A stretch of DNA of 64,000 nt from Candidatus Buchananbacteria bacterium (lineage in GTDB: Bacteria; Patescibacteriota; Patescibacteriia; Buchananbacterales; UBA6539). The translations under genes were made by a program, and so were the position numbers. The notes beneath the pieces are model-generated. The model did not search any database and was not told where the DNA came from. It saw nothing but the letters and a program-made list of their open reading frames with translations. Every line of letters starts with the position of its first letter. The first letter of the stretch is position 1. Where the stretch lies: positions 3,247 through 67,246 of the forward strand of contig JBAYLH010000003.1 in the NCBI GenBank assembly GCA_041664165.1. Reading direction: 5' to 3'. Of the stretch, positions 40,619 through 49,010 are shown piece after piece.

Positions 40619-41623
40619 TTAGGGTGCGGCAGGAGCACTGGTTGCCGGAGGGGCAACCGGGGGTTTAGGAGCAGGAGCTGGCGCAGGAGCCGGCTTGTTA
40701 ATCAACCCCTTTACCAGAGTCGGGTCGATTCCGGCGACACCCATATCCGCCGCTGAATTTTCCAGGCTCTTTTTGATTGCCTGGTATAACGGCGAGTCGG
40801 GGCCAGCCTGAATGGCATGAATTGCCATCCTATCCCAGGAAATATCCTTGGGAATACCAATGGCCGGTTGTCCCTTTGGGGTGCCGTTTACCACAACCGG
40901 AACCACGGTATCGGCTTGAGTGGTAGCGATTGCCGAACCACCTGTCGCCGGCGCAGGTGCCGAAGTGGCGGAACTGATCGGATTTTCCGATTCTTCCGCC
41001 AGCTTTCCCTTCGGAGACAGAATCTCCCATGCCCAGAATATCCCTAAAACAATAACCAGGGATACCAAGAGTACTACCGCGGCTCTTACCAAGCTACCCC
41101 GAATACGTTGTTCACGATTCGGCGTAGTAGGCGTAGTGGGCGCAGGAGTCGGTTCAGGCTGGACGTCGTCAAACCATAACGGCACACTGCCTCCATCACT
41201 AAACGGGTCGACCACTGGAGGTTCTGTTCCAGGGGTTGCGGCCGACGCACGCGCAGGAGTGGGAGCCGGTTCAAAAACCGGTTCCTCAAGAAGAGCAGAC
41301 AGATCCTGATCCTCATTTACTCCGCCACCGTCGCCGAAAGACTCAAGCGGCGGCAAACCATCAGGACCATCTACGGGTTTCGGGTTGGGCGAGAATTGAT
41401 TGATCAACTCGACCAGGGCGTTTCCATCGACTTGAATGGATCCGCTTTGCAGCTGCGCCAAGGCAAGATCAAAAAACTCTTTCCGAGGTAAAACATCTTC
41501 GTACCGCAGCCACGAAAGGCCAAGGTTGCGAAGATTTTCTTCGAGATTGGCGTCATTTAGGACGCCAATTAGGCCGGCGGCATCTAAAACAGCAGTCGCC
41601 TGTCTGATTTCCTGAAGAGTCAT
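40619..41623 (-). CDS. Orphan bitopic membrane protein with acidic and Pro-rich linkers
   Basis: AGGAG SD, ATGA overlap with upstream gene, one central TM. Confidence 0.75.
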   Translation of the reverse strand: MTLQEIRQATAVLDAAGLIGVLNDANLEENLRNLGLSWLRYEDVLPRKEFFDLALAQLQSGSIQVDGNALVELINQFSPNPKPVDGPDGLPPLESFGDGGGVNEDQDLSALLEEPVFEPAPTPARASAATPGTEPPVVDPFSDGGSVPLWFDDVQPEPTPAPTTPTTPNREQRIRGSLVRAAVVLLVSLVIVLGIFWAWEILSPKGKLAEESENPISSATSAPAPATGGSAIATTQADTVVPVVVNGTPKGQPAIGIPKDISWDRMAIHAIQAGPDSPLYQAIKKSLENSAADMGVAGIDPTLVKGLINKPAPAPAPAPKPPVAPPATSAPAAP

Positions 41624-42612
41624 GACTCTCCTCCTTCTCTAATCCGTCGGATTTTGACTTCCAGCGGACTACCGGTTAACAACTTGAACCGCAGTACTTC
41701 TCCCAGCAGGCTACCGGTAGAAAAATGCACCCGGGCACACCACTGGTTATCGGCTAATTGAACCGGGTTGAGTGGCCCAAATAATCCGTCACCCGATCTC
41801 ACCCGCAGCCGCTTCACGTCGTTTTCCGAATTCAATGGTCCGAATTCGAAAATTTCGTCTTTACAAACGACGACGTTGGTCGGCGTCCACCCTTGGGGGT
41901 CAGATCCAGCCATTGTGGCTAAAACCATCCCTTCTTTGGGTCGCGCCGCCTTGGATAGCGACAACAACGGTTTAACTGCGACAGCCAATTCCACTTTTAC
42001 TTCCTTTTGACTAGGAATTGGGCCAAGACAGCCATGCCAGACGTAGCCCAAAATCCAGCTGGCGCCGTCTGTCTTCAATTGCTGAACCGGCACCAGAGAC
42101 TCGGCCATACCGCCGGTTTTGAAGGCCAAACGGTAACAGGCCTTGACCGGACGACTTTGGTCCAAGACCTGATCGTCCATCGGTGCCCAGCCGCCTTCTT
42201 TGACCTGCATTAGCGGCGCTGGTGAGCGGACGATTATCCGTTCAGTCCAGTCCGTAACGCTAGCAAAGCCTTCGGCTAGCCGGTTGCTTGCCGCTGCGAT
42301 TTGCTCAATATCAATGAGCTGCTTCGTCATCGCCGCGGCGTTAGGATTTATGTTGTTTGGTCCAGGCAACTGAACCTGGAAATCCTTGACATTGATTGAT
42401 GCAACTACCGGCTTTACTTTTACTCCCCAAAATATCTTGCCGGGGACAAAAGTATTGGCCAGCAGCACTGCCAGGGGTATTACTACCAGCAGCACCCACT
42501 TCCAACGAGATTGCCAGAAGAGAGCCACTGCCAAAACCGCGACAGCCACGCTTGCTATTGGATAAAACATCCAGCTAAGCGCCGCTAACACCACCACCAG
42601 AAAAATTCTCAT
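41620..42612 (-). CDS. Orphan membrane protein (N-terminal TMs plus soluble domain)
   Basis: 330-aa ORF, AGGAG SD, operon spacing. Confidence 0.75.
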   Translation of the reverse strand: MRIFLVVVLAALSWMFYPIASVAVAVLAVALFWQSRWKWVLLVVIPLAVLLANTFVPGKIFWGVKVKPVVASINVKDFQVQLPGPNNINPNAAAMTKQLIDIEQIAAASNRLAEGFASVTDWTERIIVRSPAPLMQVKEGGWAPMDDQVLDQSRPVKACYRLAFKTGGMAESLVPVQQLKTDGASWILGYVWHGCLGPIPSQKEVKVELAVAVKPLLSLSKAARPKEGMVLATMAGSDPQGWTPTNVVVCKDEIFEFGPLNSENDVKRLRVRSGDGLFGPLNPVQLADNQWCARVHFSTGSLLGEVLRFKLLTGSPLEVKIRRIREGGES

Positions 42613-42623
42613 CTTCCATTCTC

Positions 42624-43664
42624 CTACTTGGAGGCCTTAGCGGGCCTCTCCGGTTTGCTTTCTTCGGCTTCAGGTTTTTCTTTGGCCGGCTTTTCACCCC
42701 CACCGGTGAACCCACCAAACTTCAATGTCATTTCGGGAAAAGCCAGTCCACTGTGACCACTGCCAATCACGCCTTCTAGTGCCTTCATTATCGGGAAGGC
42801 GATGTTTGCCCAATGTTTATCAGGTAATCCGGTTACAGCCCGAATTTCCTTGATTGCCCTGGCCTGATGGACAGCAGCACGAGCACCAAACTCAGCTGCC
42901 TTGACGCTGGCCATGGCCGCCAGAACTTCCTTGAGAGGATAGATATTTTCGATCCGCACTTCCACTTTAAGACCGAAGTCTTTAAAGAAGTGCGTGCCAT
43001 TTACTAAGTCGGTCGCGGCCCGAGCCATCGCTAGGAGCTTAGCCGTTGGTAAATCGACCAATTCAGTATCCTCAAATCCCGCCGTCATATAATTAAGTAA
43101 GGCGGACATGAACTGCTCAACAATCCCTCTTACATCCTCCTTAATCGTGATTGCTGCTACGACCGGATTTTCCGTTGGCCAAACCGTTACCTGGCTATCA
43201 ACGACAACCGGGTTACTTCGGGTGTTAACCTGCCTTTGCAGCAGGTTAATATTAATCGGCCGGCAATCAAACAGCTTGACCGTTTCGAACAATAACCGGG
43301 GAAACCAGATTATTCGCCAACCGGATCTTTTGGCATAAAAGCCGGTCAGCGACTTTTCGTCAGCACCCCTAGTTCTCCGAACCACCCACGCAAAATTGGG
43401 CGGTATGTCTCGAATTTCGCACAGCGCGAGGATGATAAACCTCAAATACTTCTGATCACCCTCGACTATTTCTGAGCGCTCCCACCAGGGAACCTTCAGA
43501 AACTTCTGACTTATCACCCACCAGCCCGCCATGGCTGCCGAAATAATCACCAAGGTGAAAATCAAGGCAAATAACGGCGTCAGTGAGGCAATAAAAATAA
43601 ACACCACCAAACTGAGCAGCACCATTGCTGCCACCAACAACCATTCCCATCTGTTAAAATCCAT
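42624..43664 (-). CDS. Divergent SPFH/band-7-like membrane protein
   Basis: Two TMs then IPPNFAWVV..GW.I..P, VNT..NPVVVD, FGLKV..IENI.P..EV.AAM...AE..ARA; GGGAGG SD. Confidence 0.65.
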   Translation of the reverse strand: MDFNRWEWLLVAAMVLLSLVVFIFIASLTPLFALIFTLVIISAAMAGWWVISQKFLKVPWWERSEIVEGDQKYLRFIILALCEIRDIPPNFAWVVRRTRGADEKSLTGFYAKRSGWRIIWFPRLLFETVKLFDCRPININLLQRQVNTRSNPVVVDSQVTVWPTENPVVAAITIKEDVRGIVEQFMSALLNYMTAGFEDTELVDLPTAKLLAMARAATDLVNGTHFFKDFGLKVEVRIENIYPLKEVLAAMASVKAAEFGARAAVHQARAIKEIRAVTGLPDKHWANIAFPIMKALEGVIGSGHSGLAFPEMTLKFGGFTGGGEKPAKEKPEAEESKPERPAKASK

Positions 43665-43873
43665 GTCGCGCACCTCCCGTATTTATTGAGGGAAAATACC
43701 CTCTTTACTCTTTTACTCTAATTTTCAAGGCTCATATTACTAGACCAGGAGGGTCTAATAACAACTCTATATAATAGCACATTTTACATTTTTTGTCAAA
43801 ACTAAACAAAAAACCCCTTTTAGCAGGGGTAAAATTTTACCTAAATTTAAATAAAATCCTATTAAAACTTGAT

Positions 43874-44269
43874 TTACTGCGACGTTGCAGAACTCCCCGG
43901 TTGAGTGGTAGCGCCGCTCGTACTATCCCCGCCAGCCACCGCATTGATGACAAAAGTGACCAAAGCGTAAGAAGTGAAAATCACCGCTAGACCGAAAGAA
44001 GCCCAAATAATTATATCTTTGCCTTTTTTGATTTTTTCGTCGTTACCCGAAGAAATCACCCACATAAAACCGCCCAAAATAAACGCCCCCAAAGCCAGGG
44101 AGCCGACAATGCCCAAAGCCGCTTTAATCACCCGGCCGACAATCACTCGCGGATCGTCTGTGCCCAAAGGATTATCCAGCTTGGTTTGGGCTAAGACCAC
44201 GCCGACATCAGCCAAAAATAAAAATAATAGCGAGGCGATTAAAATAAATTTTTTGGTCTTTTTTGGCAT
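43874..44269 (-). CDS. VirB2/TrbC-like pilin (CPR type)
   Basis: LDNPLG, GGFMW..S.GN.EKIKKGK..I.WA..GL. Confidence 0.85.
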   Translation of the reverse strand: MPKKTKKFILIASLLFLFLADVGVVLAQTKLDNPLGTDDPRVIVGRVIKAALGIVGSLALGAFILGGFMWVISSGNDEKIKKGKDIIIWASFGLAVIFTSYALVTFVINAVAGGDSTSGATTQPGSSATSQ

Positions 44270-44347
44270 ATCACTAGTTTAAGTATAAATCAGGCGGCTT
44301 GAGGTGTCAAACCAGCCGAGCTGGGAATTATGTTAGGGATTAGGAAT

Positions 44348-45364
44348 TTAGGTTTTAGGTTTTAGTCTATGGATAATTAAACTTAGGCTGACAATAATTA
44401 TTCCCAAACTGACTAAAACCGGCAGCCGGACGCCAAAAATTTCCGGCGTTTGGTCAATTCGTAGAAATTCCATCGCCAGCCTGATTAAAGAATAGTTAAT
44501 TAAATAAACTAAGCTAACCAGCCCGCCAGCTTGCTGCTTTTTATAAAGCCAAAAAAACAAAACCAACAAAATCAAAAAATTGACCAAATCCAGCCCGGAT
44601 TCATACAAAAACGTCGGTTGAAAATACTGATAATTCAAATACCCGGCCGGCCGGTTGGCTAATTCAATGGGAATACCCCAGGGCAAAGCTGTCGGCTTAC
44701 CAAAAATTTCCTGGTTAAAATAATTGCCCCAGCGGCCGATCGCCTGCCCCAGCGGCAACGCCACGGCTAATAAATCCGCCCAAAGCCAAAAGCTATTTTT
44801 TTGCCCGCCGCCTACTCTTAAGCTTCCCCTCTCCCCCTTGGGGGAGAGGGTTAGGGTGAGGGGGTGAGGGGTGTTTAGCTTCAGGCATCTGAGGGTGAGG
44901 GGGTGGGTAGTGAGGGGGTGAGTATAAATAAGTAAAGTAATAATCCCGGCAATAATCGCCCCGTGAATCGCCAGCCCGCCATGCCAAACCGCGGGAATTT
45001 CCCAGGGGTTGCTAAAGTAATAAGGCCAGTCCAAAAAAATCGCATAAATCCGCGCGCCCAAAAAACTGAAAATAATCAGATAGAAAGCCAGGTTATAAAC
45101 CCCCCCACTTTCAATTAAAGGTTCCTGCAAACTTAATAATTTTTTATGCTCATCATCTTTTGTTTGTTTGGCCTGCCTGTTTTGAAAAAAAGTGGGGGGG
45201 TAAACTTCGTCGTCTTTAATTTCCCAGTATTTCGCTAATTGCAAAACCACAGCTAAACCGGCAACCACGCCGAAAACAACAAAAAGTCCATACCAATGAA
45301 TTTGGACAAATCCCAGCTGAAACAAAATCGGCTGCGGCATAAAGTTGTGCAAAAAGTTGATCAT
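44348..45364 (-). CDS. lgt: Prolipoprotein diacylglyceryl transferase with two in-frame palindromic insertions
   Basis: HWYG, GARI, GGLAIHG, QAIGRWGNYFNQE, PTFLYES, EFLR. Confidence 0.93.
   Translation of the reverse strand: MINFLHNFMPQPILFQLGFVQIHWYGLFVVFGVVAGLAVVLQLAKYWEIKDDEVYPPTFFQNRQAKQTKDDEHKKLLSLQEPLIESGGVYNLAFYLIIFSFLGARIYAIFLDWPYYFSNPWEIPAVWHGGLAIHGAIIAGIITLLIYTHPLTTHPLTLRCLKLNTPHPLTLTLSPKGERGSLRVGGGQKNSFWLWADLLAVALPLGQAIGRWGNYFNQEIFGKPTALPWGIPIELANRPAGYLNYQYFQPTFLYESGLDLVNFLILLVLFFWLYKKQQAGGLVSLVYLINYSLIRLAMEFLRIDQTPEIFGVRLPVLVSLGIIIVSLSLIIHRLKPKT
44826..44921. repeat. CCCTCTCCC..GGGAGAGGG-TAGGGTGAGGGG REP-like element in frame within lgt (related copies 45395-45434, 45467-45489, 46431-46487)
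   Basis: Near-identical hairpin-plus-GGGTGAGGG units. Confidence 0.8.
45100..45200. mobile_element. MITE-like element (101 bp, 12-bp TIR CCCCCCCACTTT, TAAA target duplication) in frame within lgt
   Basis: Perfect TIRs; TAAA at 45096-45099 and 45201-45204; net +105 nt. Confidence 0.85.
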
Positions 45365-45586
45365 AGTTTTTCCCCTCTCCCTCTTTGCTAATCTCCCCCT
45401 CTCCCCTTGGGGGAGAGGGTTGGGGTGAGGGGGTGCTTATTTTAAGACGATGAAGACTCTTAGTTTTCCCCTCCCCTCGGGGAGAGAGCCCACGCTAATC
45501 TCATTCTACCATACAATTTTTGGATAAAAAAACAGGTTCAGCAAGCGCTGAACCCGATGAATAAATACACAACAAAGGACGGAAAT

Positions 45587-45805
45587 TTACGCCGCCAGAC
45601 AACGTGGAAAGAAATGACGGCGACGCGGCACCTGGTTGCGACTGCGATCATCAGAACTTTCGCCGTTGCCAGGGCGATACCGGCAGCGGAAACGAACGCC
45701 CAACTTGCGGGCTGCCTGCTGAGCGGTTGCCAGCTCTTCGGGCGTGCGACAAACGCGAATAACCTCTACTCCATCCTACGAATAACTCACCTCCGTTACT
45801 CTCAT
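45587..45805 (-). pseudogene. 73-codon ORF coupled (ATGA) to the FabZ-like gene, with an in-frame TAG at codon 10
   Basis: MRVTEVSYS*DGVEVIRVCRTPEEL...CLAA; terminator at 45527-45556. Confidence 0.4.
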
Positions 45806-46329
45806 ACCTCTTTCTCCTTTTGGTTCGCCCATCTACCCACTATGCTACCTTCAGCGGCAAGTTCACCCTCGCTGCCATCCGGTTTGCAACGGTAAATCTT
45901 ACCGCTAGCGCGACAACCTTGACTACCACAATATTCAACATCAACTTTAACAAAAAGTCTGGTGCTAGGCAAAACAATTTGCCGACACTCCCCGGAATAT
46001 CTTAGTAGCTGCGGTAGTCGCCCATTGGCACCGTATGCAAACTTAACGGCTACCGCCTGGGCAATCACTTCCGCGAAGAGACACCCCGGCACGATCAGCT
46101 TACCTGGGAAATGACCCAGGCTGAAAACTCTGGCCAAAAAAGGATTAATCCCGACCAAAAATGTCGGGATAACCGCCACGGCCGTAACCTTTCTGAGTTG
46201 GGGATACGACTTGTTATACCCAGAGCAAAACCTGGCTTGCCGTAAAAACCGCCAAGGCCAGCCGTGCGGCAATAACCGATTGATCCCCCGCCGGTCAAGA
46301 GTAATCAGAGTATCTTCTAAGTCTTCCAT
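45802..46329 (-). CDS. Divergent FabA/FabZ-like hot-dog-fold dehydratase
   Basis: LLPH..P..FL, GHFPG..IVPG.L.AE.IAQ; AGGAGG SD before ATG 46329; TTGACA-17-TAAGGT promoter. Confidence 0.75.
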   Translation of the reverse strand: MEDLEDTLITLDRRGINRLLPHGWPWRFLRQARFCSGYNKSYPQLRKVTAVAVIPTFLVGINPFLARVFSLGHFPGKLIVPGCLFAEVIAQAVAVKFAYGANGRLPQLLRYSGECRQIVLPSTRLFVKVDVEYCGSQGCRASGKIYRCKPDGSEGELAAEGSIVGRWANQKEKEV

Positions 46330-46494
46330 AATCTTCCTCCTTTCGTTTCTCCATTTTTCTCCTCTGACTTTCACCGATGCTTTACCTTAAGCCAAAAACT
46401 GCCAATTGTCAAGGATATAATTTGCCATTTTCCCATCTCCCTTAGGGAGAGGGACTACGCTAAATTTCAGTGGGTGAGGGGGGGGGAGGACATC

Positions 46495-48888
46495 TTATCT
46501 GCTCTTGAGCCGCTTTTCTTCGGCTAATATATCTAAAGTCGTTTTGATTACGGTATCGGGATTGAGCGAAATACTATCAATTCCCTGCTTGACCAAAAAC
46601 CGGGCAAAGTCGGGAAAATCCGACGGCGCCTGGCCGCAAATGCCGATTTTGCAATTTTTCTTTTTGGCAATTTTGATTACTTGGCTGATTAATTTTTTCA
46701 CCGCTTCGTTTCGTTCATTATAAACATGGGCGACCAAAGCCGAATCGCGGTCAACGCCCAAAGTTAACTGAGTCAAATCGTTAGAACCGATGGAAAACCC
46801 GTCAAAAATTTCGGCAAACTCTTCGGCTAAAATCACGTTGGACGGAATTTCACACATGACATAAATCTCGAGATTGTCTTTACCCTGCTTCAAACCGTTT
46901 TTAGCCATGATGGCAATCACCTTTTTGCCTTCTTCAGCTGTCCGGCAAAACGGCACCATGATTTTGATATTTTTAAAGCCCATGACTTCGCGGGCTTTTA
47001 GCATGGCCTGGCATTCCAAAACGAAAGCCTTTTGGTAATTTTCCGAATAATAGCGCGAAGCGCCCCGCCAGCCGATCATCGGATTTGATTCAACCGGTTC
47101 AAATTCCTTGCCGCCGATTAAATTGGCATATTCGTTTGATTTGAAATCCGACAGCCGGACAATGACATCTTTGGGATAAAACGCCGCGGCAATCTGAGCC
47201 ACGCCTTCGGCCAGCTTATCAATAAAATACCCCGACTTGTCGTGATAGCCAAAAGTAATTTCGGCAATTTGTTTTTTGGCCTTTTTATCTTTTAACTTTT
47301 GAAAATTAAGCAGCGCTAAGGGATGGATTTTGATGTGTTCGTTAATGATAAATTCTTCCCTTGCCAAGCCGCAGCCGTCGTTAGGAATAAATGACGAGGC
47401 GAAAGCGACATCCGGCGAACCGACATTCATCATAATTTTAGTCTTCGGCCGCTTGATGCTTTTTAAATTAGTCTTTTTAATTTTAAACGGTAAGCTGCCG
47501 TCATAAACAAACCCGGTTTCACCTTCGGCGCAAGAAATCGTTAAGTGCCTGCCGGTCTTAATTTGTTTGGTGGCCGTTTCCGTCCCGACCACGCAAGGAA
47601 TGCCCAGCTCGCGGGAAACAATGGCGGCGTGGCAAGTCCGGCCGCCTTTATTGGTTACGATGCCGGCGGCAATTTTCATAATCGGTTCCCAGTCGGGGTC
47701 AGTCATGTCGGTGACCAATATTTCACCCGCTTTGAATTTTTTAATTTCCGAGGCACCGGAAATCACGTTGGCAACGCCAGAGGCAATTTTAGTACCCACG
47801 GGCGAACCGGTCGCAATTACCTTACCCCTTTTAACCAGCTGGTATTCTTCTAAAACTTTGACTTCTTTGTTGCCAAAAACGGTTTCGGGTCGGGCCTGGA
47901 GGATAAAAAGTTTTTTCGTCCGGCCGTCTTTAGCCCATTCAATATCCATCGGTTTGCCGTAATGCTTTTCAATTAAAATCCCCCACGCCGCCAGTTTCAA
48001 AATTTCTTTATCAGTTAAAACATACTTTTGCTGAGCCGTTTTGGTGGTTTTAATATTTTTCGTGGTTTTGCCATTTTCAACGGTATAAATCATCTTAATT
48101 TTTTTGCTGCCTAATTTTTTGGCAATAATCGGTTTAAAACCGTCAGCCAAAGTATCTTTAAAAATATAAAATTCATCAGTGTTGACCGTACCCTGGACGA
48201 TATTTTCGCCCAAGCCCCAAGAGCCGGAAATTAAAATAGTTTTTTCAAAACCAGTCTCGGTGTCAATGGTAAACATCACGCCGGACGAAGCTAAATCGGA
48301 CCGAACCATTTTTTGAACGCCGATTGACAGGCCGACTTTAAAATGATCAAAGCCTTTGTCAACTCGGTAAGAAATCGCCCGATTGGTAAAAAGCGAGGCT
48401 AAGCAATGGCGGCAAGCGTTGATTAAATCCGCTTCGCCACGGATATTCAAAAAACTTTCCTGTTGCCCGGCAAAAGACGCATCGGGCAAATCTTCGGCCG
48501 TGGCGGAAGACCGAACCGCGACGTCAACGCGGCGGCCGTATTGATGTTCCAGCTTCCGATAAGCGGCAGTTATCTGATTGCTTAAATCTTTGGGCAATTC
48601 CGCGTTTAAAATCAGCTCCCGAATCTGCCGGCCGCGGCTTTCCAGATTAACCATGTCTTTAGTGTTTAAATCCTGCAGCGCTTTTCGGATTTGCTTCATC
48701 AAGCCGGACTTTTTCAATAAATAAAAATAGGCTTGCGCGGTTACGGCAAAGCCATTAGGAATACTGACTCCCTGCGGAGCCAGCTTTTGGTACATTTCTC
48801 CCAGCGACGCATTTTTTCCGCCGACTTTGGGAATGTCTTTGATGGTCAATTCCTTAAACCACAAGATGAACTTTTTTTTGAATGGCAT
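46495..48888 (-). CDS. ppsA: Phosphoenolpyruvate synthase
   Basis: VGGKNASLGEM, RSSATAED, TCHAAIVSRE, GFSIGSNDLTQ. Confidence 0.97.
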   Translation of the reverse strand: MPFKKKFILWFKELTIKDIPKVGGKNASLGEMYQKLAPQGVSIPNGFAVTAQAYFYLLKKSGLMKQIRKALQDLNTKDMVNLESRGRQIRELILNAELPKDLSNQITAAYRKLEHQYGRRVDVAVRSSATAEDLPDASFAGQQESFLNIRGEADLINACRHCLASLFTNRAISYRVDKGFDHFKVGLSIGVQKMVRSDLASSGVMFTIDTETGFEKTILISGSWGLGENIVQGTVNTDEFYIFKDTLADGFKPIIAKKLGSKKIKMIYTVENGKTTKNIKTTKTAQQKYVLTDKEILKLAAWGILIEKHYGKPMDIEWAKDGRTKKLFILQARPETVFGNKEVKVLEEYQLVKRGKVIATGSPVGTKIASGVANVISGASEIKKFKAGEILVTDMTDPDWEPIMKIAAGIVTNKGGRTCHAAIVSRELGIPCVVGTETATKQIKTGRHLTISCAEGETGFVYDGSLPFKIKKTNLKSIKRPKTKIMMNVGSPDVAFASSFIPNDGCGLAREEFIINEHIKIHPLALLNFQKLKDKKAKKQIAEITFGYHDKSGYFIDKLAEGVAQIAAAFYPKDVIVRLSDFKSNEYANLIGGKEFEPVESNPMIGWRGASRYYSENYQKAFVLECQAMLKAREVMGFKNIKIMVPFCRTAEEGKKVIAIMAKNGLKQGKDNLEIYVMCEIPSNVILAEEFAEIFDGFSIGSNDLTQLTLGVDRDSALVAHVYNERNEAVKKLISQVIKIAKKKNCKIGICGQAPSDFPDFARFLVKQGIDSISLNPDTVIKTTLDILAEEKRLKSR

Positions 48889-48909
48889 ACTTAGTAATTA
48901 GGAAGTTAG

Positions 48910-49010
48910 TCCCGCACCTATTTTACTGATTACCATTAAGCTTAAAAAATATTTTATTTAATAAAAAGTTTGATTTCAATTATAGATTGATTAATAAAAT
49001 AGGTGCGGGA
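48910..49010. mobile_element. MITE-like element with TIR TCCCGCACCTATTTTA
   Basis: Perfect inverted repeats around an AT-rich core, abutting the pyk stop codon. Confidence 0.7.

Noticed and set aside
17694-45805. Stop-codon reassignment as the cause of the in-frame stops
   Set aside because: TAA, TAG and TGA all end conserved genes here (for example groL TAA, smpB TAG, NRAMP TGA).
45557-45895. 112-aa plus-strand ORF
   Set aside because: Antisense to the FabZ-like unit, begins at its terminator and has no SD or promoter.
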